A stretch of DNA of 64,000 nucleotides, taken from an uncultured virus (IMG/VR IMGVR_UViG_3300006990_000025). Lineage: Duplodnaviria; Heunggongvirae; Uroviricota; Caudoviricetes. Positions 38,130 to 49,117 of this stretch are shown here, piece after piece. Under the pieces are notes generated by a model that ran no database searches, had not been told where the DNA came from, and saw nothing but the letters and a program-made list of their open reading frames with translations. Location of the stretch: the IMG/VR virus record IMGVR_UViG_3300006990_000025, one strand, 5' to 3'. Position 1 is the stretch's first letter. Every line of letters begins with the position of its first letter. The position numbers and the translations under genes were made by a program.

Positions 38130-38324
38130 TCATTCGACATTACAAATTCCTCCTATTACTACAATTGGTATCTGTCGGTGATTTGCTTTCGCCAACTCAA
38201 CTGCGCTATCTTCATCAGGTATGCTACAATCAACAAGTGCCATGTAAAACATGGCTTTGCTAATGAACTTCATCGGGCTATCGCCTTCCGGCATCTTAAA
38301 CTTTATCGGGTTCGTCATATACAC
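38130..38324 (-). CDS. hypothetical protein
   Basis: Short ORF with a promoter at about 38339-38358. Confidence 0.55.
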   Translation of the reverse strand: MYMTNPIKFKMPEGDSPMKFISKAMFYMALVDCSIPDEDSAVELAKANHRQIPIVVIGGICNVE

Positions 38325-38355
38325 CCCTAATTGGCTGACCTATATAACAGTTGTC

Positions 38356-40113
38356 CTATTTTATTTGTCTTTTCAGCCAGTTAGGACATTCCTGTATATT
38401 GCCCCTAAACCATGTTGGCAACAAATGACCGTTATTGCGAGCAAACCTTTGCCACCCACCGTCTAAGATGAACAAGTGTCCTACATCGTCAGGAGTTCTT
38501 ACTACCCTACCTGCACCTTGAACAATTGACAAAGCCGTTTGAAGTTGATACCATTTTTGACAAGGGGCATTACAAGTGAAACCTGCACCGCATAAATCAC
38601 CACTATACTTACTCGGAGGCTGATACGGACATGACGGAGTATCTTCATGCACCTTTCTCCACGCTAACTCATCTTGCATCATGCGCTCTGCTATAACCGC
38701 ATCATTGGTGGGTAGGTATGGTACTTTACATATCACAAGCCATTCCGCCAGTTTTCCTTTGAAGTCAAAGCCTTGAGTTACATAAGTTGATATTAACACC
38801 AAATCATCTTTGTCATTAGTGAAAAATTCTTCTAACGCTGATTCTCTTGCTCTCGCATTTCCATCATGTGTTATTATTCTATCACCGTGACCTCGCTCTG
38901 TCAGTCCTTTGACTAACTCTTTTCTTATCGCATGGCTATGAGGAAGAATAACCCCCCTCTTGTGAGGAAATTTGTTCATGATAGCATCTATTGCATTCAC
39001 CTGTCTTGGCAGGGTGTGTTTTCTTTTAGCCCATGACATAGAGCCACATGGCGCATAATAGACATTGAAATTTTCACTTGGGAATGGTGACTTTGTGATA
39101 TTGATATACAGAGTCTTTTGAGCATCTAATCCTAATCCGTGAAGAAATGTATCAATGTCAAGTATTGTAGCCGATAGGAAAATTCTCTTTTTGGCTACCA
39201 TTTCCAAAATCTCTGACGCATAATCTCTAACTCTAATTGGTTTCAAACAAAGATATGTGCCGTATTTGGAGTTATCAAATGAAATATGCACATTGTTTGG
39301 TTTGAGTAAAATGTCAAACGCAGTTTCTATTTTGCTAACTGCTTCTCTTATCTTTTCAACTTCTTTCTCGTTTACTGTCAAGCCTAAATCATCTTCGGCA
39401 TCGGACAATACTTTACGGGCTACCTTTATTCTATCCCCTATCTCAACCTTCCAGTCTTGAGGCGTGAAGTGTGAAGGAAATTTTTGACCTGCGCCAAATA
39501 TCCTATGCCATTCTTTCTCCGACAATCTAACTTCCAGTAAATCATTCATGAAACCCTCCATGTCATGTGCTTCATCAATAATAGCAAAATCCCGTTGGTC
39601 GAACTTGGTTCTTCCTTTTATTGCTCTAAACATATACGCAGGGTTGCTAAGAGTCAGGCGTGCATCCTCTGCCGCCCACCTTTGTTCGTAGTAAGGGCAT
39701 GGTTCTTCCACATCACGCTTCGCATGGCGACATGAACCGGCTTTAGTCCAACAAGGGGCTGACTTAGCCGTTCCTGTTCGTACCCAACAAGGGAAGTTAT
39801 CTCTTCCTCTAACCTCTTCCAGTTTATGTCCGTAGTCGGCTTTGTATTGGTCTATTAGACCAAGTGAAGGAGTCATTAGATATGCTGATTGAAACTGATT
39901 CTGTATTGTCATGGCAACTGCCGATTTACCAATTCCTGTCGGGGCTTGAAGAACAATGTTATCAAAATCGTCGTTTTGTAAAGCCCAATACATTACAGAG
40001 AGGGCATCATCTTGATACTTTCTCGGTGTCGGCATTGGGAAGTCGGGGCGTATCTCATCCCATTTGTCAGGCAGTTTTGCCTTACTTGGTATATTAATAC
40101 GGACTACCGACAT
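38356..40113 (-). CDS. XPD/Rad3/DinG-family SF2 helicase
   Basis: Q-motif PRKYQ, Walker A APTGIGKS, Fe-S Cys cluster, IIDEAH, LSAT, QGAGRVVR..DD.G. Confidence 0.95.
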   Translation of the reverse strand: MSVVRINIPSKAKLPDKWDEIRPDFPMPTPRKYQDDALSVMYWALQNDDFDNIVLQAPTGIGKSAVAMTIQNQFQSAYLMTPSLGLIDQYKADYGHKLEEVRGRDNFPCWVRTGTAKSAPCWTKAGSCRHAKRDVEEPCPYYEQRWAAEDARLTLSNPAYMFRAIKGRTKFDQRDFAIIDEAHDMEGFMNDLLEVRLSEKEWHRIFGAGQKFPSHFTPQDWKVEIGDRIKVARKVLSDAEDDLGLTVNEKEVEKIREAVSKIETAFDILLKPNNVHISFDNSKYGTYLCLKPIRVRDYASEILEMVAKKRIFLSATILDIDTFLHGLGLDAQKTLYINITKSPFPSENFNVYYAPCGSMSWAKRKHTLPRQVNAIDAIMNKFPHKRGVILPHSHAIRKELVKGLTERGHGDRIITHDGNARARESALEEFFTNDKDDLVLISTYVTQGFDFKGKLAEWLVICKVPYLPTNDAVIAERMMQDELAWRKVHEDTPSCPYQPPSKYSGDLCGAGFTCNAPCQKWYQLQTALSIVQGAGRVVRTPDDVGHLFILDGGWQRFARNNGHLLPTWFRGNIQECPNWLKRQIK

Positions 40114-40138
40114 ATCCTATACTAAATTATCCACCTAT

Positions 40139-40372
40139 TTAATTTGTTAGTCTGTGGCATAGTCTTGCCACGACTCTGTGGGTGTTTATTTTTCTTCCAG
40201 TTGCAGTAGTTATATTTGCATTTTCAATATCGGATTGAAGGTAAAGAACCTCTCTTAATTCTCTATCCGCATCACTTGCTGCTACATTTTCCGCAGTAGT
40301 GTTGTAAATGTCATCTAAGTAATCTTGCTTGTGTCCTACATATTCGTCATATTCGTATTCGTCTTGGCTCAT
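40139..40372 (-). CDS. hypothetical protein
   Basis: 77 aa ORF; promoter at about 40404-40414 with a short GAGGG leader. Confidence 0.6.
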   Translation of the reverse strand: MSQDEYEYDEYVGHKQDYLDDIYNTTAENVAASDADRELREVLYLQSDIENANITTATGRKINTHRVVARLCHRLTN

Positions 40373-40508
40373 TTCTGTTCCCTCTGTTTAATCGTAGCAG
40401 TCGCCCCTATATAATACTATCTCATATATTTATTATCAAGAGTTTAAATACAGTCAGGTAAAAAATTGCTACCCTAACTTCCATTGGAGGCTATTGACCA
40501 CGATAACA

Positions 40509-43500
40509 TCAAGGCCAACCGGCTATGCCTTCACCTGTATTTGTATTCTCACCGATTGACATTGTAGCACCGCCAACAAACGGATAATACAACTTACTTC
40601 CAAAGTGCGGGGTTGAATACCAAGACAATTCGTTAGTAGTCCATCGTAAATCTATTTCTCCGGCATTGTGTCCGTGAAACTTTTGATACCTCAACTGTGG
40701 AGAGGAATGAGTAAAGTCCTCATGCCCTGCCATAGTTTGAGCCGATGATGCGGGCGAGTATTTTCCAGTCCTTGAATCGTAAGCCATAGATGGCACAGAC
40801 AAAAATCTCAAATTTACATCACGGGCAACAGAACTAAAACTACCACTTGGTTTTGATACCTCAACTGTTGGGATAAATAATTCCATAAAATGAACCCGTT
40901 CACCATGCGCTATACTTACATTCAGTCCACCGTCAGGCCAACTCATCGTTATATTTTCATCAAAGCCTTCTAACTGTGCGCTAGATGGAGTTCCAACCCA
41001 TTGAAACGGTGTAGCAGTACCGGCTTGTGTTGCTTGTGTTCCAGTTCCAGTAAATACTCTTGGATTCCCTGTATTGATTCGGGGTATTGTAAAACCAAAT
41101 ACCATGTGCAACTCATCTTTGTCCGATATTGTGGTTGTCATGTATCTATATTGGTAATTAAGTCCGGCATATATACCATCCCTGCTTTGATTAACTAAAC
41201 TCATGTAGGACATTCCCGAACCCGATACAAATCTCTTAGACCAATCTTCTTTTGTTTTCCAAGATACAATGTATGATGAATACTCCGCCGAGCCTCCGCT
41301 TTGCCACCCAGTAACATAAGCAATATCATCTGTGTCAATGACTGCATCATAGTAAGTTATAGGATTTCCTGCAAAATCCGTATTTGCCCCTAAAATTATT
41401 GTAGCGTTTTCTCTATCAAATTCAAACCTTCCCGATGGTGTTAAGTCTTTAATGACTTTTCCATAATTTGCATAAATTGAAGTGTGACTCAAATTGCCAT
41501 AAGCAGTAGCAAAGTTGTAATTATTTCCGAGATTATAATTCGCCCCTCTATAAAATACAACGGGGAAGTCATCACCTTGTAAACACACTTTGGGTTTATC
41601 ACAATCGTATGTATAATGTCCTTTTGTCATAGTCATGGTGCTTACCTGTGCATCATTAACGGGTCGTCTTGAAACAACTTGCCAAGTTTTATTTTGTTGA
41701 AAACTTGAACCGCCGGTTGAACCGTTGCCCGAAGCCAACAAAGGCCATGATGTTTCATTTTCTAATTTTAATGTGTAAAGAATTTGACTCCCTGCCGGTA
41801 TTGCGCCATAATCACGCTCAACAACTCTGCACACTAAATGCAACCTATTTTTGGAGTCACAAACTAAACTTGGTTCTCTCAAATCCCAATTGTTTGACCC
41901 CCCAACCAAAACTGGCGTGTGAGCCGACCAATCCCAAGAATACACTAACTCCGGTTGGGTAGTAACTAAATCCCTCTTAGCGTATGTATAATACAAAACA
42001 TGCTGACCATCTGGTTTTTTAATTTCAACAATTGCATGTATTGTTCCGTTGCTATCGGAAGCAAATGCCGAACCATGTTGTCTGTAATTTGTTGGTGTGC
42101 CACCGACAATCACCTTCAAATGTGGTCCGACTTCATCTTTTCCATCGTGGATTTGATTATTAGTGACCTTGACTGACTTCCTATTCCAAAACAAGTCCGA
42201 ATGAGCGGGTTTAGAATAATGAGTCCATACTGGTATGTTATCTGTTGCTGATTTTGCTGAACGGTCTAAACTAAATGTATGTAATGTTCCATCTGGAGTT
42301 CTCACAATTCTTTGACCCATACCCAAGCCGTAACCATCGTCTAAGTTTGTATTAGCACCTGCGGTTGATTGATTATGTGTAGGAACTCCAAGATTTGAAT
42401 TTTGACTTCTTTCAAATGGTGTATATACAGTCATTGAAGTATCTTCATAACCACTTCCCCTTGCACTCACAATGCCTCCACTATCCCACACTGCCCTTAT
42501 TGAGTTAGATAGGTGAACATCAACCGATGACTGCAATTGTTCTGCCGTTGCTATGTAATCGTGCTTGTTCATAGAATCAATATTCCCAAGTAATGCCGGA
42601 GAATATCTTTCATTTGCTACATGGAGAGCATCATAGTCTGTTCCTGTATTTATGGGAATAGCCCCTGCATGGAAAAACTCTGTTGGGTGGTCTTTCCAAA
42701 ATTCTGAGAAAGTGGGTTGTAACAAGTTTGTTCCACCCGTCTTTCTTGGCTTGCCAAGTATTCTTGCATTGGCGTTTAATTCCGCCTGTCCTATTTCAAT
42801 TGATGACAATGTGGATTCCATATTCCAAAGATTAGTTCTAAGATATGGTTGAGCAATATAAGGTGACATTGAAGATTGAGCAAAATTAGTCGGTGTCTGT
42901 CCTTTTATTCTTCCAATCAAAGGATTGTTTTCTAAGTTGTATCTGTGCAACGGTAAATGTAATTCAAGGTCTAAACTATTCTTGGCCTTCGCTCTTGCTC
43001 TAACCTGTATTTTTTCAGGTATTAGTAATTCTAATGGTATCTCATAACCAAGACCCGCATTGACTTGCTTCCATACCCTGTCAGGTTTGAAAGGATGGTC
43101 GGATGACATTATACCATAATGCAACGGTCCGTGATGTGAAATACCAATCATACCACCTGTAAATTGACTAAGAGTTGCCCCCTCGTCGCTTACATCGTTT
43201 GCATAGAAGTTTTTCCATAACCCAGTTGATTGAGTTCCAATGTGAAGTCCTTGAACCCCAACTGCTTGAGGTTGATTTGAATAAAATTGAAGCCCGTTAC
43301 TAACTGTTGTATCATATAATCCTTGTTTGAAAGACCATCCCGCCCAACCCAATTCTTGATGTGGATTAGCACCTGCGCCAAAGTCAGCAAACCCAATTGT
43401 AGTAGGATTGTAATGTGTTTGGAATAAGTGCTTATAGACTGCATTTAAATTATCCCAATGACGGAGAATATCATACGCTTGATATGTATCACCCGTTATT

Positions 43501-46500
43501 GGATTCATCATAGAAAAGTTAATTGTCGGTTGATAAAACGGATAACCGCTAACTGGTCTTGTCAATTTTGCATCAACATAAAACATCTTATCTTCATCTT
43601 TTTCAACATCAATATTTGCATCAGTAAATAATTGAGTCATCAAGGTTGAAGGTGAAGATGTGGATTGTCTATACAACAAAAAATCTTCTAACTGTAAGTG
43701 TGGTAAACACTTGGCAAAATTTGGATAAGACATACGACACTCTGGATAAGAACCGTAAGTAATTGGTATTGCTTTTTGACCGCTCTCTTGAAACCAATAT
43801 GCCAACTGTGAACCCGACCAAAAACCAACATCACGCTTCCAATTGTGATATGAATTTCCATCTTCGGTTTCAACATCAAAAATGTATGGGTTTGATTGTA
43901 ACTCATATCTTAGTGTTGGTTTAAAGTCCAAAGTTATATTTTTACCATCTCTTGTGAAACTAAATAATTTAGAGCCTTCAACCTTTCTTGCTTTTTTGTT
44001 ATTAAATAATAACACAAGACTGCGAGCATAAGTGTCACCTAACATGAAATTCCATGTTGGAAGTCCTGAAAAATTTGACAAGCCCCCTACATAATGTGTA
44101 CCCGTTGCTATATCGGGCAAAGGTGGTCCACTTGTTGTAATTTCAACACCAAGAATCGGGTCAAAATGTGTAGTGCTTGTGTCGGCAGGTATTGTATTTC
44201 TTGATGAAATTATTGGCTTACATACCCCGTTGTGATAATAATACCCCGCAGGGCAACGGCCATTTTGAGCAATATCTGGTTGAGGCGGATAGCCGATTAA
44301 GGGTGAAGGGTAATCTAAAGTGGTGTCAATCCTATCACGATGAATAGCCAATATCTTCATTCTTCCATCTTCCATAATTTGAAAATCTCCAACATGAAGA
44401 GTCGGGTGTTTCATTGGTTGGTTGTTAGTGTTTAGAGAATGTCTTGGATGCTTCATAAAAGCCTTATTTTCGACACCAAGATAGCGCATAGCCTCTATCT
44501 GTGGGAATACCCATTCATGTACGCTCCAACATGCGGCAGGTTGTTGTACTCGTCTAATTTTGTCTTTATCGTAACCATGCGAATGAGCAAGGTCATATGA
44601 TTGATTGGAATTAATTTTTTTGATGAAGTTCACATCACCTATCAATGACTTCCCTAAATACCATTTATCCAAAACTCCTTCAACGGACATTTTTGTTGTA
44701 TAAAACGGGTCTTTGAATGGGGAGTATTTGAAAATCACCATCTCCGGTCCGTCAGGAATTGCAGCAGCACCGGCAGCCCCTCCGCCCGCTTTGATTTGTC
44801 CTGTTCCATAGATTTGTGAATTTAGATGTGCCATTTCAATAACATCGGTGGCAACAAATAATTCGTCATTAAAAACATCAGCCGACCAATGATGGGAAAT
44901 ACCCCCTTGTTGATAGAAGCCACCTGCCTCTATTGCGCTCGATAACAAAGGCACTTCGGCAAAGCCCGCACTGGCGAGCGGTTTGAATGGCGTTAGTTGA
45001 ATTAGGTTGAATTGTCTTGGCATAACACTATTGACACAATAACTATCATTTGTTGAATTTATTTTTGCTACATCTGCACCATCAACATAAATGCGCTCTA
45101 AGTCAGGGTTTAGTCTAAATATGGCATGATAGATATAACACCCCTCATCTTTTAAATTTAGATTGACACTTGTTCTTGCTTCCGGTGCATTTCTTTCTTT
45201 TGGTACTCCCAATTTTGAATTTGATGCTGATGCTGATGCTGACAATCTGGTTCTTGGTGCAAGACTAACTAACACATGATAATCAACTAATGGTTTATTG
45301 AATTTTGAATTTGTATTCGGTTGAGGGTGTGAATTTCCTTTTTCAACGGTGACTTCTTGATAATTAACTAATGCAGGAACAATTTGTATTTTAGTCGGTA
45401 TCATGTTTTTCATAAAGTCCTGACTCAAACTACTGGTCTTTGTATAGTTTCCTCCATTCAAATGTCCGTTATCTCCGAGAATATATCCCACTGGCTTAAC
45501 TAATTGTTGGGTTGTTCCGTCTGTTGGTGGAGTTTGTGAAGTGTCTAGTGTTATTGGAGTTGAACCACTTACCCATCTTGTACTTCTTCCAAGTGCAAAT
45601 TTACTAGCATTATCACTTCTAGTATCATTCGATTCATAATAACTTGCACTCTTAATAGAATCACGATTTCCAGTGGTAGTCATGGCCTCTGTAATTGGTG
45701 TGATATAAGCACCGTCTGTACCATATCTGTACGCTCTATCGGCTAGTGATTGAGTTCGATAGGCTTTACTGTTCCTTCTTGGCGAAGTTCCAGAATGAAC
45801 TTGAATATTTATACCTGCAAAAGTTCCTAAATCGTCATCCGACCAACCCGACTGTGCATCTTCCGATACGGACATAAAAGCAGTTGCCGTAAAGATTCCT
45901 TCATATCCTATCAAACCGCATGAGTCCATGACACATAGGTTGCCTAAATCGGGTCGGCCAAGTGGTCGCCAAAGCATTTCGCCAGCATCGGCAGGAGTAT
46001 TGTTTGAATCGCTAAGAAAATCATTAGTTCCAATGTATTGTATTGTTTCATTGAAAGGTATTGGTTCTTGGGGCATAGATGAAGTTGTTTGGCCGCCTAA
46101 TCCATCGGGTTGAGAAATGGGTTTGTAACTGCCACTATTAGAACCGCTATGTATTGGAATAGGTTGTAGTGATTGAACATTGATAGCCCAGTGTGCTGAC
46201 ATTGTGTAGGAGTCCTCCATAGCGGGGAGTTGCGATGGTAAAATTGGTTCGCCTGAATAATGCGTCATGACCGGACTTGAGTTAATTGAAACTCCATATT
46301 TGATATTGTGATTATCTCCATAAGTTGCACCCATGCCATTACTGGGTAAACATATTTTTGAATCATAAACTATACCCATTCCAGTTTTTAGAGGGTCGTC
46401 TGTATCAGTTACGGGTGCATTGTATCTCCCCGCATATACATCATGTGCCTCAAGTAAGCCGTTGTCATGCGTCATGCTTTGCGACCCATCGTGTTCAGCA

Positions 46501-47009
46501 CTGAATCTATGACAAGTATGATTAGCAGGTCGGCCTTTTCCATAAACCCCTCCGGCATATTGTTCATTATGAGCAACATTGTATCTCCCCGCTTTAGTGA
46601 ATGTCAAAGCAGTTCCTACTGGTTGAGTTCTTTTAGATACACTCCTACCATTTACGGTGTGTAACATCATTTGAGCATACTCTAAATCACCTGTTCCAAA
46701 GTTAAGAACTGGTGAACCAATGTTAAGAAGTTGTCCTTGAAAACAAACATTACCACTCGACAAAGATATGAAGTCGTCGCCAAGTGCGGTTGAATCATAA
46801 TTAGCCCCGCCCACAACTATTGGTTTGTTAGTTGATGTTGCTTGAGAATCGGCTTGCCATATACTTGAAGTAGCCAAGTTTTGCATTGGGTTGCCTGTGT
46901 CAGCCGTTCCAGTGTATAAATTGGCATCATTATCCGACCACACAACCGTAAAAGGCAATCCCGCTCTTGTTCCAACCGGCGGAGTCAGGTCGGTTAAAGT
47001 GGTTGGCAT
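40509..47009 (-). CDS. giant probable virion/adhesin protein with C-terminal beta-propeller-like repeats
   Basis: 2166 aa; blade-like repeats RTPDGTLHTF, SDSNGTIHAI, CDSKNRLHLV, SDKDELHMVF; late-type promoter GGTTTAGAACC. Confidence 0.6.
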   Translation of the reverse strand: MPTTLTDLTPPVGTRAGLPFTVVWSDNDANLYTGTADTGNPMQNLATSSIWQADSQATSTNKPIVVGGANYDSTALGDDFISLSSGNVCFQGQLLNIGSPVLNFGTGDLEYAQMMLHTVNGRSVSKRTQPVGTALTFTKAGRYNVAHNEQYAGGVYGKGRPANHTCHRFSAEHDGSQSMTHDNGLLEAHDVYAGRYNAPVTDTDDPLKTGMGIVYDSKICLPSNGMGATYGDNHNIKYGVSINSSPVMTHYSGEPILPSQLPAMEDSYTMSAHWAINVQSLQPIPIHSGSNSGSYKPISQPDGLGGQTTSSMPQEPIPFNETIQYIGTNDFLSDSNNTPADAGEMLWRPLGRPDLGNLCVMDSCGLIGYEGIFTATAFMSVSEDAQSGWSDDDLGTFAGINIQVHSGTSPRRNSKAYRTQSLADRAYRYGTDGAYITPITEAMTTTGNRDSIKSASYYESNDTRSDNASKFALGRSTRWVSGSTPITLDTSQTPPTDGTTQQLVKPVGYILGDNGHLNGGNYTKTSSLSQDFMKNMIPTKIQIVPALVNYQEVTVEKGNSHPQPNTNSKFNKPLVDYHVLVSLAPRTRLSASASASNSKLGVPKERNAPEARTSVNLNLKDEGCYIYHAIFRLNPDLERIYVDGADVAKINSTNDSYCVNSVMPRQFNLIQLTPFKPLASAGFAEVPLLSSAIEAGGFYQQGGISHHWSADVFNDELFVATDVIEMAHLNSQIYGTGQIKAGGGAAGAAAIPDGPEMVIFKYSPFKDPFYTTKMSVEGVLDKWYLGKSLIGDVNFIKKINSNQSYDLAHSHGYDKDKIRRVQQPAACWSVHEWVFPQIEAMRYLGVENKAFMKHPRHSLNTNNQPMKHPTLHVGDFQIMEDGRMKILAIHRDRIDTTLDYPSPLIGYPPQPDIAQNGRCPAGYYYHNGVCKPIISSRNTIPADTSTTHFDPILGVEITTSGPPLPDIATGTHYVGGLSNFSGLPTWNFMLGDTYARSLVLLFNNKKARKVEGSKLFSFTRDGKNITLDFKPTLRYELQSNPYIFDVETEDGNSYHNWKRDVGFWSGSQLAYWFQESGQKAIPITYGSYPECRMSYPNFAKCLPHLQLEDFLLYRQSTSSPSTLMTQLFTDANIDVEKDEDKMFYVDAKLTRPVSGYPFYQPTINFSMMNPITGDTYQAYDILRHWDNLNAVYKHLFQTHYNPTTIGFADFGAGANPHQELGWAGWSFKQGLYDTTVSNGLQFYSNQPQAVGVQGLHIGTQSTGLWKNFYANDVSDEGATLSQFTGGMIGISHHGPLHYGIMSSDHPFKPDRVWKQVNAGLGYEIPLELLIPEKIQVRARAKAKNSLDLELHLPLHRYNLENNPLIGRIKGQTPTNFAQSSMSPYIAQPYLRTNLWNMESTLSSIEIGQAELNANARILGKPRKTGGTNLLQPTFSEFWKDHPTEFFHAGAIPINTGTDYDALHVANERYSPALLGNIDSMNKHDYIATAEQLQSSVDVHLSNSIRAVWDSGGIVSARGSGYEDTSMTVYTPFERSQNSNLGVPTHNQSTAGANTNLDDGYGLGMGQRIVRTPDGTLHTFSLDRSAKSATDNIPVWTHYSKPAHSDLFWNRKSVKVTNNQIHDGKDEVGPHLKVIVGGTPTNYRQHGSAFASDSNGTIHAIVEIKKPDGQHVLYYTYAKRDLVTTQPELVYSWDWSAHTPVLVGGSNNWDLREPSLVCDSKNRLHLVCRVVERDYGAIPAGSQILYTLKLENETSWPLLASGNGSTGGSSFQQNKTWQVVSRRPVNDAQVSTMTMTKGHYTYDCDKPKVCLQGDDFPVVFYRGANYNLGNNYNFATAYGNLSHTSIYANYGKVIKDLTPSGRFEFDRENATIILGANTDFAGNPITYYDAVIDTDDIAYVTGWQSGGSAEYSSYIVSWKTKEDWSKRFVSGSGMSYMSLVNQSRDGIYAGLNYQYRYMTTTISDKDELHMVFGFTIPRINTGNPRVFTGTGTQATQAGTATPFQWVGTPSSAQLEGFDENITMSWPDGGLNVSIAHGERVHFMELFIPTVEVSKPSGSFSSVARDVNLRFLSVPSMAYDSRTGKYSPASSAQTMAGHEDFTHSSPQLRYQKFHGHNAGEIDLRWTTNELSWYSTPHFGSKLYYPFVGGATMSIGENTNTGEGIAGWP

Positions 47010-47033
47010 AACATTTCGTTTGCATTAGCGGTT

Positions 47034-47462
47034 CTAAACCGTTTTCCCTTGTTTCTTGAGCCATAGTTTGTAAGATAGTTTTCTTGGCTTATCTTGATAA
47101 ATAACTCCGTTCTCTGGATTTCTATAATATGTCGCCGGATTTCCATTTTGTCTATTTGCCAATTGACACAATTCGCAGTAGTGGATTGACTCTTTGGTAT
47201 GTGCATCAGTGCCGGTTATTGATGACAATGTTTCAACCATTTTTTGAACTCTTTTATCTTTGTATTCCATTACAACAACACAAGGCTCATCATGATACTC
47301 ACACCTATGAGGACAAATTGTTCCGCTTAAATCCATTTCCTCTTCCTTTAGTTCTCCGGTCAAAGGGTCATACTCATGGTCTAACTTAGCGTAGTTAGAA
47401 CGGTCTTGTTTAACTTTCTTGGGCTTCTTTTCACCCTTTGGTTTGAACCTTTTTCTCGTCAT
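47034..47462 (-). CDS. hypothetical Cys/His-containing protein
   Basis: CPHRC..H..C and HYCELC motifs; coupled to the glycosyltransferase gene. Confidence 0.7.
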   Translation of the reverse strand: MTRKRFKPKGEKKPKKVKQDRSNYAKLDHEYDPLTGELKEEEMDLSGTICPHRCEYHDEPCVVVMEYKDKRVQKMVETLSSITGTDAHTKESIHYCELCQLANRQNGNPATYYRNPENGVIYQDKPRKLSYKLWLKKQGKTV

Positions 47463-48724
47463 TGTGGTATCACCGAATTATTGCCGTTAGGATGGGGAGC
47501 GTCTATGGCATTTAACAATACTTCTTCCAAAGCCTCGCACATAATATCCTTTTCCTCGTTATTATTGTTTGATTTCTTACCGCTTGTAATAATCTTAGCC
47601 ATAGCATTTTTCAAAGCCGACTCATCAACTATGTTATACACAACTTCATCACGCCCTAAAATTTGTGTAGCAATTTTTACTTTGGTTAATTTTTTGTGTT
47701 TTGTACTTATGTGGCTATCGGGTACAATAACTGGTAGCCCACACGCTAACGCTTCTTTCAGGGTTGTTTCTTTTGAAAATGCACTTGATGAACTCACAAA
47801 ACAATCGGCTATATTATACAACTTGACCATATCATCAACCGATAAACCTTCGACTAAATTACATGACTGGTCGGAGAATGCTATATGCTTTGCTAATCCC
47901 ATTTGCTCAACCAATGATACTAGATTAAATCCTTGACCGCCAGTATCTTGAGGGTCGCCCGAATGAATGATTAAACCGTAGTTACTTTCTCCTTTGCCGC
48001 TTTCAAAAACTAACTCTCTAAAAGCCTCAAGCAATCTCGGATATTGTCTATGGTTTTGATTCCTACCAACTGTTATGAATGTATAATCCCAATTAGGTAA
48101 TCCCATAGTTTCTTTAATTTGTTTAACTTGCTCATCTTCAAGTGTAGTAAATCTTGTGTCAGGCGTGAATGGTATGGTTGCTATCGCTTCTTCCGCAAAC
48201 CTATCTAAAAACGGTGTTCTTTGTTCCTGTATGACTGCCGTTCCTTTGGAGTTATACCTTTTCACCAAATCCTCAAACCCTGCGTAAAGAGCATGTGTTT
48301 GAAACACCGGAGTATGAATCATAGATAGAAGTTCAATGTACTTTCTTGATATTGGAAGCCCTCTCTGTGTAATATAAGATACAAGAGGTATCTTGAACTG
48401 GTTACACGCTTTGACTAAAGAACCAACCGCCCAAAGAGGGAGGTCTGTGTAAACTACATTTGGTTGAATCCGATTGAGTTCTCTATCCATAACTGTTACA
48501 CCACTAACACCGTTTAACGGCGTAGCACCGAAGTTAGAGCCACCTGCGGTCATAATCCACCCTTCGGGGTGAAAGAAGTCCTGTCCTTGATGATTAAACG
48601 CCATGCAAAAGACTTCGTGGCCTTGACTTGCCAAGTGTCGGGCAAGTCGTCTGGTTTGTTGTGAAGATGAAGTAGTTAGTAGTGGTGATTCCGATGCAAT
48701 TAGTATTCGCTTCGCCTCTGTCAT
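47459..48724 (-). CDS. GT-B fold glycosyltransferase (GT4-like)
   Basis: RILIASESP, LASQGHEV, VGRNQ..R.YPRLLEAF and LYNIADCFV..EALACGLPVI motifs. Confidence 0.85.
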   Translation of the reverse strand: MTEAKRILIASESPLLTTSSSQQTRRLARHLASQGHEVFCMAFNHQGQDFFHPEGWIMTAGGSNFGATPLNGVSGVTVMDRELNRIQPNVVYTDLPLWAVGSLVKACNQFKIPLVSYITQRGLPISRKYIELLSMIHTPVFQTHALYAGFEDLVKRYNSKGTAVIQEQRTPFLDRFAEEAIATIPFTPDTRFTTLEDEQVKQIKETMGLPNWDYTFITVGRNQNHRQYPRLLEAFRELVFESGKGESNYGLIIHSGDPQDTGGQGFNLVSLVEQMGLAKHIAFSDQSCNLVEGLSVDDMVKLYNIADCFVSSSSAFSKETTLKEALACGLPVIVPDSHISTKHKKLTKVKIATQILGRDEVVYNIVDESALKNAMAKIITSGKKSNNNNEEKDIMCEALEEVLLNAIDAPHPNGNNSVIPQ

Positions 48725-48764
48725 GTATTTTGGTGAACCTGCCACCTATTTAAGTAATTAAGGC

Positions 48765-49076
48765 TCAAACATAAGACATTCGTTCCATCATTCTCATTCT
48801 TTCTTTTTTAATAGCCTGTCTTTGTAAGTCATAAGCAGTAAAAGCCTGTTCCATTTTGTCACAAGTCCATGCACCATAAGTTGCTTCATACTCATTAATT
48901 AAAAAGTTCATTTCATCATTAATTGCTCGGTGTTTCTTAGGGCATTCACCATGAGGGTTTTCTGGTGATTTGTAGCCACCTGCACCTGCGCTACATGACG
49001 CATTCTCTGCCATGATTTGATGTGCAATAATTTGTCGGGCAAGTTTCTGTTCGGGGGTGTTCGGTGTTCCGTTCAT
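48765..49076 (-). CDS. hypothetical protein
   Basis: 103 aa ORF with promoter at 49096-49116. Confidence 0.7.
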   Translation of the reverse strand: MNGTPNTPEQKLARQIIAHQIMAENASCSAGAGGYKSPENPHGECPKKHRAINDEMNFLINEYEATYGAWTCDKMEQAFTAYDLQRQAIKKERMRMMERMSYV

Positions 49077-49117
49077 GATTAGCCATTAGGCCAGTCCTAT
49101 ATAAAGATACCGCCTAT

